Shown here: positions 24,211 to 37,450 of the stretch, one piece after another | How positions within the stretch are numbered: position 1 is the first letter of the stretch | Layout: each line of letters opens with the position of its first letter | Assembly (NCBI RefSeq): GCF_006345805.1 | Contig: NC_043005.1 | Span: 56,048,001-56,112,000, forward strand | Length of the DNA: 64,000 nucleotides | Direction: 5' to 3' | DNA from: Octopus sinensis | Lineage: Eukaryota | The notes under the pieces: generated by a model | Database searches by the model: none | The model's input: only the letters and a program-made list of their open reading frames with translations | Told to the model about the DNA's origin: nothing | Made by a program: the position numbers and the translations under genes

Positions 24211-25733
24211 TACATCCATGCCCATCTCATTGTTAATTTATTTCTCTGTAATAACAAAGATTTTCTCTGAAATAAATTTGATATTATGGCAACCAGCATG
24301 AGAGCATTCAATAGAATGCTTTGTGATGTTTGTTCCAAGTCTTTGTGCTCTGAGTTCAAATCCTGCTGAGATCAGCTTTGTCTGTCATCCTTTCCAGGTT
24401 GATTAAAACAAAAGTATTAAATCAAAGCAGTGGATTGACAGAGCCATTTGTGCATTGGACAAAATAGCTTGTGGTATCTGTATTAGCTTTTTGCATTCTG
24501 TTCTGTGAGCAGACCCTGTGATGACACTGGTACCAAACTGGATAAGTCTTTAAGAAAAGCCTTTCCCTTGGATAACATTGGTGAAATGGAGAGAGAAGAC
24601 TTGCATACATGAGCAACTGCTAGTTTTCAACAAAAAAAAAGGTAAAACTTGATCCGAGCCCTTGCATATAGGTGCAGATGCAGAGTCAACCTTGCCCCAG
24701 GTGGTCAATAAATACTGCTACCCTCTTCCGACTAAATTATTTTTTAAGTTACACTATACTATGTTAATTTCTTTAGTATCATATTGTCCAACTATATTTT
24801 TAAAGTAGTGTACAAATAAAGTAGTGTACAATTAAATTAGCATTTAAACGAGCCACATCTATCCCCAAATATTCTACTTGTTTTACATTCAAACTGACTA
24901 GACCCAGCTTTTCACACCTACCTTACAATGCCATGCTGAAAATAAAGAATCCCATCACTGAAATCTCAAGGCTACAAGATAATTCAATATTAATTCAAAA
25001 TAATGTGAATAAATAAGCATTACATTTGATAGAGCTGTTTGAATGCTAAGGGGTTAATGAAATGATTCAATGAAAAATAACGAATAATGAGCATGAATCT
25101 GTAATATCAAACTTATGTATAAATAATCTTGTTCAGTGCAAGGGTACCTATACATCATCAATTGATTTGTTACAAATAGCAGTTAATCTGCCTCAAATCA
25201 TACCCTACTATATTAAACAAAAAAAGATACTTTGGACAGTGTAGTCTCTAGCATAAAAAAGAAAGATGGAATGGTCATGGATAGAGTGCCTTTGATCATA
25301 TGCCTCCTTAGTCAGGGTTGACCTGGGTTAAACAACAGCAATAAATCCGGAAATTTCATTTTGTTTTAAATGCTGCATTTAATTTTTTTTTATTTTTTAT
25401 CGACCCCTGTACGTTTGATTGATTTTATTATTGTCAAATAATCAATGCCCTGCATGCCATATACTGCCCTTCATTGTCGCTCACTGCAAATAAAAATAAA
25501 ACATCACAGCCTCTGTGAGCATCCTAAAATGTTTGATGCTTGTAGGCAGTTGTAATCAGTTTAAAGAGAAAAAAAAAAAGGTGGAGAGCAAATAATTCAT
25601 TTGAACTGAGTTCAACACCCACATCGCTTGCTATCTCTGCTTAATACATAATTTTCTCTTGTGTCACTACCAACTGATTGATCTTTTACTTGTTTTTAAT
25701 TTTGTTTCATATATTTTATTTGTTTGTTTGTAG

Positions 25734-25741
25734 TTACCGAT
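25734..25741 (+). CDS. Candidate 8-nt microexon TTACCGAT
   Basis: A ~50-nt T-rich tract ending tttgtttgtttgtag, then TTACCGAT, then a consensus donor gtgagt, within non-repetitive sequence. Confidence 0.4.
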
Positions 25742-26770
25742 GTGAGTTTGATATAATGGCTTAATGCAATCACAGTTTTCGGTACTAGAAAAATCAGCAT
25801 CCTTATAATCACATCTTGTTACCATTATCTGAAGCCTTTTGTTTTCTAGCTGCTATTAACTGAGTATACAAATTGCTAGTCACACTTCACACTTTCTGAT
25901 GAAAAATTACTTGCACTTTGATGGTGGGGGGGGGGGGTGGAATGGAGTGGAGGAGAGTGTAGGCTGTGAGAGTATTGCCTCTTTATTTACAAAATGAATG
26001 GATACGAAAAAAACTGAGTGCACTGAAGATAAATTAATCTTTATAAATCAACAATCATGTAGTTAGCATCAAAATGCAACTGTTTAGCATGATAGCAACA
26101 TTCACTACATTTATGTGGTTGTGTGATGTTTATATATGGAGATGAAGATGGTGTTTTTTTTATGCATATTTTTTGTATGTATATTTTAAATATGCCCCTT
26201 TTTTTTTCTTTTACTCCTGCATAGATTTTCTTTCTATGATTTTCTACTTCAGTGACCTATTATTAAACCTTAATCCTAAATCTATATGTGAAGGTACATA
26301 GTCTAGTGCTATCGTTCTCAGCCAGGGTCCATATGCTCTCTGGGGGGAGGGAGCAGTCCATATAAATTTTTTGGCGTTTCATGCAAGTGAAATATTAAAT
26401 TAGGGACCTTCAATGTTATTTTAACCCTTTAGCGTTGAGATTACTCTGTCAAATGTTATGCATATTCATTCACATTATTTCGAATTAATCACACATTATC
26501 TCACAGCTTTGAGATTTCTATGATGTGGTTGCTCATAATTTGTTTTTTATCCACACAGCCATGCCTGTGCATTTTTTTATGTACATGTATATATATATAT
26601 ATATAAATTATAATTTAAGGTATTTAAGAGATACTGCCACGCTGGAAATAGCAGCCAAAACCTTACTCTAAAACCACATTAAATGTTCATACAGCACCAG
26701 GAGAGAAGGTTTTTTATTCCCATGCTGGCCACTTGATAAGATCAATATTTAAATTAACGATCTTATCCTA

Positions 26771-26814
<44 letters not shown>

Positions 26815-26820
<6 letters not shown>

Positions 26821-27060
26821 CACTCAGCTGCAGTGGAGGTACGTAGTTTAGTGATTAGGTCGTCAGATTCATGATCGTAAGATTGTGATTTTTGATCCCT
26901 GGACTGGTCAATGCATTGTTTCCTTGAACAAAACACTTCATTTCACATTGTTCAAGTCTACTCAACTGGCAAAAATGAGTATTCCTGTGACAGACCAGCA
27001 TCACATTCAGTGAGGGATATATTATATACCACTGAAAATAGGAAACCAGCCTTAAGAGTT
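26815..27060 (+). mobile_element. SINE family F
   Basis: tRNA-like head GGTACGTAGTTTAGTGATTAGG...GATTTTTGATCCCTGG followed by TCCTTGAACAAAACACTTCATTTCACATTG. Other copies at ~28600-28935 (-), ~42780-43090 (-) and ~54830-55095 (-). Confidence 0.75.
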
Positions 27061-29019
27061 TCCATGACTTAGGGGAAGGAGCTTTATCCTTTTTTTTTTA
27101 TCCCTTCAGGTGTAAAGGGTAATCCTGCAATGGACTGTCATCCTGTACAGGCAGACTGATGGCCTGCTTTCCTGGTCAGTGGGGTAGCTATTCAAAATCT
27201 ACAACAGTACAAGGAAGCACACTGTGATTGGCAGTGTATAACGATATCTGATATTCTAGCCAGTGTAGTGATAATGAGATTTGATATTCTAGTCAATATA
27301 GGTTGCCTAAAGTAGCAATAATAAAAGTTAACTGAAACACCAAGATGAAGTTTAAAGTTTAGTTATTGTTCGCTGTTCTGGTAAAAAAACTCAAATTAGA
27401 AAATATATTCTTGTAAAGTGGGTGGTGCTAGGAAAGGTATCTAGTCTTTTGACATGATTGTGTGGCTTGTCAGGTCTTGTTAAACTGTCTAATCCATGCC
27501 AACATTGAAGATGGACGTTAAATGATGCCGATGGTTACAATTTTTTTCTGGAATTATCTTCAAATTATTATTTATGTTCTTATTGTTCCCTACCAAACTT
27601 TTATATCTTATTCTCCGACTAGAAATTTTGAATGAATATTATACATTAAAAATACAATTTCAACATTAAAACTATTGCCCTCAACGGTATTAAGCAATAA
27701 AGAATTAGACAGCACAATTTAAAAATAAAGTGGAATTGATTAAACATTAAAAACCTTCAATGCTACTTTGCTGAAAGCATTTATAAATTGATTATTTCAT
27801 TGTTTTGTCATTGACTTGGCTTTTTCTGACGCTACTTATGAATTTCTTTTTTTAACAATGCATTTTGTTTTGTTGTTTTCTGTTTTACTTTCTTTTTCTT
27901 TTTTTTCTGTTTTTTAAAATATTTTCTGTGATTGCTTTTGGGCCACTTTGTTCTTTTGGTGACAGAGGTTATTCAGAAAGTAATAATACTGTTAATTGTA
28001 TTAAGTTAATCTCCCTTTAATTCCTGTATTTTTTCACACTTTCATGCATTACAGAATTTCATGTATTACTCTTATCTTGTCTGATAAATAAAACAAAGCA
28101 GAACTTAAAATGTTATCAAATTTAGAATGACTGTAACATATACATATATATATACATTCATACTGAGATACAAAATACAGTTGTTTAATAGTTAATTTTA
28201 GCTTTAGATAGTGAACAGTTTCAAGCAAGTGGTAAGTTCTGAGCAAATTAAGATAGCAATACAGTTTCACTTCCTACTTACCGTTATTTCATAAAAGCTG
28301 CCCCAGCTTCTCAATTATCCTGCATTGCTTATACTGAGCTAATGAGGAAAAAGCATCTGACTGAATCTGCTGGAAATAGCAGCTAAATATCACTCAACTT
28401 CACCCAACTGTCTTAAAATGGTTGAATGTACTGGATTATTCAGTCCTGGTTATAGAGTGCTACAAAAAATGGACTGGTCATGGGTAGAATATTGGTTTGA
28501 TAATAGCAACAACTGCATAAAAAGTTAAACTTTAAAGCCTGGCAACAACCTGAATGAGGAAGCCTCTATATGATTATTCAATCTGATAGAAATATTAGCC
28601 AGTTTTTTCTGGCACTGCATCAGTTACAACAATGAGGGTTCCAGTTGATCCAATCAACAGAACACCGTGCTTATGAAATTAATGTGCAAGTGGCTGAGCA
28701 CTCCACAGATACATGTACCCTTAATGTAAATCTCAAGGAGATTCAGTGTGACACACTGAATGCAACAAGGCTGGCTCTTTAAATTACAGGTAGAACTTAT
28801 TTTTGCAGGCTGAGTGGACTGGAGCATCATGAAATAAAGTGTCTTGCTCAAGGACACAACGAGCCCTCAGGAACTGAACTCCTGACTCTACGATTGTGAG
28901 CTGAATACCTTAACCACTTTGCTACACACCTTCACAATAGCCAGTTATTGCTCAAATTTCCTCATTGAGCAAACACCCATCTTCTTTTGTTTTTGTTTTT
29001 TAGGGTTTTTTTCTTTTTA

Positions 29020-29390
29020 CCTTTCAACTAGTTTCAGTCATTGAACTATGGCCATGCTGGAGTTTAGTCAAACAAATTGACCCCAGTATTTATTTTTAAG
29101 CCTGGTACTTATTCTATCAGCTTCTTTTGCTGAACTGCTAAGTTACAGGGATATAAACAAACCAACACCAGCTGTCAAGATGTGGTGGGGGACAAACACA
29201 TGCACACACACACACACACACACAACACACATGAGCTTCCACTCCATTTCTGTCTACCAGATTCACTCACAAGGCATTGATCAGCTCAAGGTTACAGTAG
29301 AAGAACCAAAGTGCCATGCGGTAGGGCTGAACCCCAAACCATTTCATTGCAAAGCAAGCTTCTTAACCACACAGTCAATCTTGCACCTAT
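29020..29390 (-). mobile_element. SINE, head C + microsatellite + tail B
   Basis: Same block order as 4625-4980. Further copies at ~33975-34285, ~35290-35620 and ~57100-57495, all on the - strand. Confidence 0.85.
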
Positions 29391-30567
29391 ATTATGAAAT
29401 GCATCCCTCGCATAAGCATTAGTTTTTGAATCATTGAATGCATCATTTTCTTATTTAAGATAGTAGGCTATGATTCAATAGAGATAAGGCTGCTGTTTGA
29501 AGCATGTCAAATGACAATGTTGAGGCTCATTCGTTAGCTGGAGTATTCAATAGGATGCCGAGATTTTATTAACTGTAGCATTGGAAGGTGTAGCTTAATT
29601 ATCTGCAAGTATTAGCTGTCATCATCAAATGTTCCTTCTATTCATTGTCAGCAAAAATAATTTGAAATAGTTAATATAGCACAGTGATCTCAGTTCACTG
29701 TCAGGTTACATGTATCAATATGAAAGCTAATTAGTAATTTAACTCCAAACCAGAAATTGACGTACAATCTTTAGTTGAGTGATCTTTTAATGGACATTGC
29801 CAATAACAGTAGCTCTGGAAAATATCATTCCTATAATTAATTGAACTCATACCATCTCTTAAATGATGCCATATGCAAATTTCTGATAATTCAAGTAAAC
29901 AAAATTAATTTTAAATAAATAAATAAAATTAACAGTATAAAAAGTAAAGACAGAAATTAACTAGTTGCATGGTATTTTATTCTAAAAAAGTCTGTGTGTG
30001 TGTTTTTGTGGTGGGGTGCGTTACATAATTTGATGTTAAGTCACTTTGTACTCCAAGCATCCATCATATTTATTACTTTATATTGATGTATGTCTATGAC
30101 AATTTCATATTGGAATATATTTTGAAATACAATCAATATTTATATCTTTATTGACTGGAATTGGAAATTCTGACTGGTTTCTCTTATTCTGTCTTTAGCA
30201 TTTCTCAATTCACGTCTCCTTTTCCTAACCTTCTTCTCTTTCACACATCTTCTGTGTAGTGTTTACTAATTCATTTTATGTTCTTTCACTATTTCTCCCC
30301 TCTCATCCTACTCCCCTGCTTGCTTCAATTACACCTATATCCACCCCTTCATCTTAAATTCTAAATTTACCTACACTCACTCTCTTTGTCCTCCCTTCTC
30401 TCTGCCTTATAACAATTTGCGTTGGTCACTCTCTATTTTCTTTTTTTTTTGTGTGTTTTTCTTTCAAATCTTATCTGACCTATGTCCCCTCTACTTCAAT
30501 GATCAATCTTATAATAGATTGTACATAAAATGCTATAATATTGGAAAACACCAGTTAATATTATAGC

Positions 30568-30626
<59 letters not shown>

Positions 30627-31079
30627 TGCTATGAAGAGCAACAGTACAACAAAACTATAGGCAGATAAGAAATCAGGAGATAATTTAAAGTGTAAAGAGA
30701 CAGAAGAGGCACAGTGACAGAGACAGAGGTTAGAGTCATGTATGGGTGGATATAGTGATGATATAAAATGGGAAGGGTTGTTGATAGCAGACATGAGTTT
30801 TTAAGAGAAAGGAGTGTTCATTGTTAAGGGATGATGTTGAGAGTGCAGAACAGGTGACAAGGGAAGTGATTTTAACTGGTAGCACAAAAGTGGGGTTGGA
30901 ATATGTGCGGCTTTGTTTTTCCTTTAATTACAGTAGCTAAGAATCTAACGATTGCAGTTAGTTGGGTATCACAAAGTTGAGTTGTGGGGAAGGCTTGTCC
31001 GGTAAACAGTGGATGTTGGGCATAAACCTTAAGACTTTAATGATATGCTTTTAGGAACTTGAGATGGACAGCATGACAA

Positions 31080-31400
31080 ATTGCCAATCGTCTTGGTCTT
31101 TTATTCATCTCCATTGTGAGGCTCAACAACCCAATGTCAGTCTTCATTACTTCATCCTTTATCTATACGGGTCTTTCTTTTCCACAAGTTCCATCCACAT
31201 TTAATGATCAGCACTTGTGCATCTGTCTTCATCCATATGTATCACATAGCCATATGAGTGCAGTCTTCTCTCTTGCACTCTACATCTGATGTCTCCTATG
31301 CCCAATTCTTCTTTCAACTCGTTTACCCTTTGTCATACATGCACACTGAAATTGGACATTCAGCAGAGCATGCTAGCCTTATTTCTTTCTAGTCTTCACA
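31080..31400 (-). mobile_element. RTE-LINE ORF fragment
   Basis: The minus strand reads RLERNKASML...ELKEELGIGDIRCRVQERRLHSYGYVIHMDED, homologous to 21616-21900. Confidence 0.8.
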
Positions 31401-32925
31401 TCTCTGTATGTGTGTGTGTCTGCATGCATGTGTATGTATATGTGTTTGTATGTATAGTGTGGGTATATGTATGCACATGCTAATATATGCTTTATTGAAA
31501 CAGATGACAACTCTCATTTGCAATGCCTACATATTATAAACTTCCAATACAATTAAGGAATGCTGAGAAGGGTAATTAGCAAGGATTGTTTGTGGGATGT
31601 TTTAATGATTAACAATGAAAATTTGGATATAAAACAATATTATTACAATGCAGTGTATATGTGATTCTATTTTGCTTTGCTTCTTACCCAGATTTTTTCT
31701 GTATAGCCTTAATCCATTAGTTGTGAAACCACTTAAAAAATATCTTCTCTCCACAAATCCAGATCATGTTATTAACTAAAGAAGCACATCTTTGGATTTC
31801 CACATTGCAGCAGTGAGGTAGATATGAATCTTTGGGTACAGGTTTATTTTTTCTCCTTTTTTAATAAGTCTCAAAGTTATTATTGATGCAAGTGAATTAG
31901 TTTTTTGCTCAAGAAGCAAAACTGAGTCTGCTTCAGTTGAGAGATTACTATTATCTCTTAAAGAGCCAGGAATTGGTTCAGATAAGTATCTTTTGTTTTT
32001 ATTTAAGCAAAAAATTTTATTATTTAAGCAAAGAAATTTTAGCCAGTCAATTTATAATGTTGAAAAAGCAAAAAAAAGTAATGTGGAGAATATTGGCGGT
32101 GATTAAAGCAGCTAATTACGTTTTAAGCAACTATGAATAATTCATTCTATTCTGCTTTTCTAATCAGGCTACATACTAAATTATTACTGACTTTTACATT
32201 AACGAATTCTTTATTAAAAAGGAAATTATTTAAAATAACAAATCATAACTTGATTATATTTTATCATTATAGTTATTTTTATAATTATAGATACTTTGCA
32301 ATTATCATTGAATAATGATATCTTTAAATTGTGAGTTCCTTTCTCTTTTTTTTCTTCTAACAAAGAATATTTATTCGAATAAAGCAAGCAGGATTGTTTT
32401 TCATCAGATTCCTTTATTTATGATCCTTGGTGGTAAATTGCTGGTATATTTTGCTACAGTGTAAGAGATATTCTTTATTTGCCTAGACAATCTCTTTCTA
32501 GTTTTACACCAGGTGGCTGCTTTGAAAACTTGATTAGTATTAAAGTTCCTAAGAGTGATGAATTTGCAGAAACAACAGAGTTGAAAATGCATTAAAATAT
32601 TTAGTTTCTCCCTGTATTCTGATATTCCTAATTCAAAATCAGAATTTTGCTCTCTCTTTTCCTCTCTCTTTCTTTTTCTTTTCTCTTGTTAGTATGGAGT
32701 TTGCTTCATAACTATGCTGTTTCATGTTCTGTCCTACTGCATGTCATCTCAGGCAAGTGACTTCTTCCGTAACCTTGGACTGGTCAATGCTTTGTAAGTG
32801 GAATTAGTTGATGGAAACTGTATGGAAGCCTATCATTCATACATATATATATATATATATATATATTTGTTTTTAAGTCTGGTTATATATAAAAAAAGCA
32901 ATTTAACATTAAACTGAAGAATTAA

Positions 32926-33357
32926 TAGGCATAGGAGTGGCTGTGTGGTAAGTAGCTTGCTTATGAACCACATGGTTCCAGGTCCAGTCCCACTGTGTGG
33001 CACCTTGGGCAAGTGTCTTCTACTATGGCCTCGGACCAACCAAAGCCTTGTGAGTGGATTTGGTAGACGGAAACCTAAAGAAGCCTGTCATATATATGCA
33101 TATATATATATATATATGCATATATATATATATGTATGTGTGTGTATATGTTTGTGTGCCTGTGTTTGTCCCCCACAACATTGCTTGACAACTGATGCTG
33201 GTGTGTTTTTGTCCCTGTAACTTAGCAGTTCGGCAAAAGAGACTAATGGAAAAAGGTACTAGGCTGACAAAGAATAAGTTCCTGGGTCGATTTGCTCGAC
33301 TAAAAGCAGTGCTCCAGCATGGCCACAGTCACATGACTGAAACAAGTAAAAGAGTAA
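32926..33357 (+). mobile_element. Full-length SINE: tRNA-like head C, (TA)/(TG) linker, tail B
   Basis: GGCATAGGAGTGGCTGTGTGGTAAG (A-box-like) ... GGTCCAGTCCC (B-box-like) ... CACCTTGGGCAAGTGTCTT (CORE-like) ... microsatellite ... TTGACAACTGATG...GTAACTTAGCAGTTCGGCAAAAGAGAC...GACTGAAACAAGTAAAAGAGTA. Confidence 0.9.
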
Positions 33358-33449
33358 TTACCTTAAGCTTTTTTAGTAGTCCCCATTTTTATTAAACTTT
33401 TACAAGAAGGATAATAGTGACTTTGAAGCTTTGACAGAGGCAACACACA

Positions 33450-33480
<31 letters not shown>

Positions 33481-34701
33481 AAATGTTAACATTCCTGCAT
33501 CTTCATGAGATCAGCCAAGAAACAAACAAAAAGAAATAGTAATGTATCGTTCACATTCCCTCTAAGCTGTATGTCTTATATTGCTGTACTTTTGAAATAT
33601 CATGGAATAAGAGAAAAATTCCTTAATTGAAAATCTGTAAAGGTTTGATGACTGGAAGAGCATCCAGCCATAAAATACTGCTATAAATATGCATAAAACA
33701 CATGCCAGCCTAGAGAAATGGAAGTAATGAAGTCAGTTTGATTAGCAATATTTCTATTTTTTACAAAAGCTAACTTTATGCTTAGTCAAAAGAAAGTAAT
33801 ATTTATGTATCAGAAATACTGTGACTGATATATCTTCAGTAGTAGGAGACTGACTTGTACAATAGTTACTCACAGCAAATGCTATTCCTAGATACGTCTC
33901 AATTATTCACATGTCTAAATTTAACATTTCAGGACATATGTTTTACAATTAGTTATTGAGTTGTTCTTTACCTTCTGTCTTGTATTTGTCTCACTTGTTG
34001 GACTACATCATGCTGGGGCACTGCTTTGAAGTATTTTATAATTGGAAAAAATCAATCCCAGTACTTTATTTTCAAATGTTACGAGGAATGCAAACATACC
34101 AACACTGGTTGTCTAGCAGTGGTAGGGATAAACACAATCATACACCTTCCCACACACACACACACAACTGGTTCTTTCAGTTTCTGCCTACTAAAGTCAC
34201 TTACAAGGTGTCACACAGTGGGACTGAACCTGAAACCGTATGGTTGGAAAGCAAACTTCTTACCACACAACCATGCCTGTGCCTTTGTATAAAATAATTT
34301 GAAAAGCGTTAAAACTAACTAGCGTGTCATTAGTATTGATTTTGAAACTATCATGCAACAGCAAATATTTTGGAAATAAAGTCATCAAATTAGTGATTAA
34401 TTAATCAATGAATGGATCATTCCTTATGTAACACTATTAAGAAAATCTATTATTGACAACACTTGAGGCTTATTGGTTGAGAACACATAATTAGCTGTGG
34501 CTGTTAATCTTTGTTATAAACTGCTAAAAATTCTGTGTCAGCATAAATAAGAAAATTTGGTTGTTGATGGTCAGCTTACTAGAAATAGCAGCAAACTTCT
34601 CAAATCACACCCTACTATGTTGGAAAAGGAGGACACATAAAAGGAGCATCAATCCACTGCATCTAGGAAGAAAAAAATATATTGTCATGGCTGGGACGTC
34701 T

Positions 34702-34884
34702 TTAGCCCTTTAGTATTCAGATTAATCAGGCATTATCTTTTACCTTCAAGATTTTGATGATGGGGTTGTATATTTTTAGAATGACATTGTAAGGTAGGTG
34801 TGAAGACCCAATCTGGCTAGTTTGAACATAAAACAGGTAGAGTATTGTAGCTGGATTTAGTTGATTTAAATGCTAAAGGGTTAA
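34702..34884. mobile_element. piggyBac-type MITE (family E), opposite orientation to 1884-2101
   Basis: TTAG-CCCTTTAGTATT ... AATGCTAAAGGG-TTAA. Confidence 0.7.
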
Positions 34885-36954
34885 TTATAGCTATCCTCTA
34901 TTAGGGCTGAGCCTGAGGCTAAACAAAAACTGCGTTGTTGTATGTATGCTTAATATCAATTCATACAATGTACTCTAGTTAGCTTGACCTTTTAGGTAGA
35001 ATACAATTATCAAAAATCATTTGTAGACAAGGATATCACTGGATTATCTCAGTGATAGTTTGAAAGAGACATACCTGTTGTTTTACAAAAATGGATGTTT
35101 TGTGAGTGCCAAGTGCCTACACCAATGTGATGTGACTGAAACTTGTCAGATTAAATTTAGACTATTTGAGAAGCAATGTATAACTGAAGGATCATGCCAT
35201 GCTTCTGCAAGTGCATCCAACAAGGAAATTATAGCAAGGAACCATAACAAAATGTTAGTGCTAAAATGGTGAACTGCTTAACCATTTTTATCTTTGTTTC
35301 TTGTTTCAGTCATTGGACTGCAGCAATGCTGGAATAATGCCTTGAAGGGTTTAGTTAAACAAGCTGACTCAGTTCCTACTTTTGAAATCTGGTACTTATT
35401 TTATTGGTTCTTTTGGTATGTAAGTAAACCAACACCAGTTGTCAAGCAGTGTGTGTGGTGGGAACATGCACACACACATGCATGAGAAGTTTCCACTCAG
35501 CTTCACTCACAAGCCATTGGTATGCCCGGAGTGATAATAGAAGACACTTGCTCAAGGTACCATTCATTGGAACTGAACCCAAAGCCACATGGTTGCAGAG
35601 CAAGCGTCTTAACCACACAGCAGTTTTTGTACCTTGGAAAATTAGAGAAATTTATGCCTTAGAAATCTTCAACACTACTATTATCTATAAAGTTTCAATT
35701 GGTTAAGATTCTTAAGCTTTAACATATCTGCATATCTAACTTTGTCTTTTATGTCTTCCTATGAGATTAGTTAACTAATTTTCAGAAAAAGGAACAGGAA
35801 ATTACTATAAAGCATTGTTTAGAAGGCAGACATAATTAAGACATTGAGGAATTTTATTTACTTATTTATTTATTTTTTGTTATTTCATATTCCTATTTGC
35901 TTAGCTGCAGTAATTGTTCAAAATTAAAATGTTCAATAACAGAAGCAACTATTGTGAGCTCTTTCAAAATTCAGTGTTTCCTAACTTTCACACTGATAGC
36001 CAAGACAAAGTTGATGATGATTTTTAACCAGTCTTAAATGACCAGACAAACCTATAGTTTAAGGTGTTCTAGCTGTGGCCATCCTGTTTTGTTTTTTTCT
36101 TTGTCCAATATATCCTTGTTTTTAAGATGGTAGAATGTGAATTGAGAAAACTTAGCTGCTATTACTTACAAGCTGAGCAACCAATTTGTAGGACATCTCT
36201 TACTCTGTATGTGTAACTCTTTAACATATTCACATTATTTTGTCAAAAGTAATGCCTATTTATTCACATTATTCTAAATGAATCATCCATTATCTTGTAG
36301 CTATGAGGTTTTGATGAAGTAACTGTTAATGTTTAAAGTGATATTGTAGGGTTGGTGTGAGAGGTCAAATCTGACCAGTTTGAACAAAAATGTAGTTAGA
36401 ATATTTTGGCCAGACATGGCCAGTTTAAGTACTAAAGAGTATTTTAATAAGAGTTTTCACTAATTACAGTATCTGATCTTGCAGTGTGCAAATTTTATCG
36501 AGAAAATAAATACAAGGCACAGAATAATGTATATTCCAACGGCAAACCTAGCTCGTTGCCATGGTATTGAATTCCCCACAGATAACTGAATGTTTTTATT
36601 TGATTGTTAAAGTCACAGTAAGCAGCAAACAAAATTTCTTGCCATTTTTATTCATACCCCTTCACATTTCAAGTTCAGTTCTTAGAGGCTGACTTTGCTT
36701 TCCATTCATCTGTGGTCAATGAAATAAATACCAGTAATTAATACAGAGCTTAGGTTTAAACAGCAGCTGCCTTCCTCAGAAATTCTGGTCATGTGCCAAT
36801 GTTGGAAATCAATATTGATGTTAATACTCTATGGTAATTTTCAGATCAAAAATATTTCATAAGACAATCAATACTTTATCTTTATTGATTGGTAGTGAAT
36901 TTTTAACAGGTTCTTTTCTCCAGTCTCGCACCATACACACATACATGTATACTT

Positions 36955-37450
36955 AAGCATGACCATGTGGTTGAGAAGTTTGTAGAACAGCCACATGGTT
37001 CTGGGTTCGATCTCATTGCATGGCATTTTATTTGGGTATGTGTGTTCTATTATAGCCTCTGTCCAACAAATGACTTGTTAATGAAATTTGGTGGACAGGA
37101 ACTGGACACAAATCAGTTATGTACATGGATGTGTTGTTTATATGTGTGTGTGTTTGTGTAAGCATTTCTGTGTGTTTGTGTGTAACCATTTCTGTATGTG
37201 TGTGAGTGTTTCCTCATGTTTTTGCATTGTCACTGTATGAGCAAAAGCTGCAACAGTTATGTCTCTCATTAAAAAATATCCCATAGCTCGGCACTTTTGC
37301 CATGTGTGAAAGAAAGACAAATGGAATATAGATACTTGGGAAACAGGCATTGGCAGCAGGAAGTACATTTGGCACAGAATATTACCTCAATAACTCACAT
37401 CTAACTCATACTAAAATGGAAAAAGTAGATGTAAAAATGGTGATGATAAT
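36955..37450 (+). mobile_element. SINE, head C + (TG)n + tail H
   Basis: Head ATGTGGTTGAGAAGTTT..GGTTCTGGGTTCGATCTC, (TG) linker, then GGAAACAGGCATTGGCAGCAGGAAG...GGAAAAAGTAGATGTAAAAATGGTGATGAT. Similar minus-strand copies at ~37830-38150 and ~40255-40670. Confidence 0.75.
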
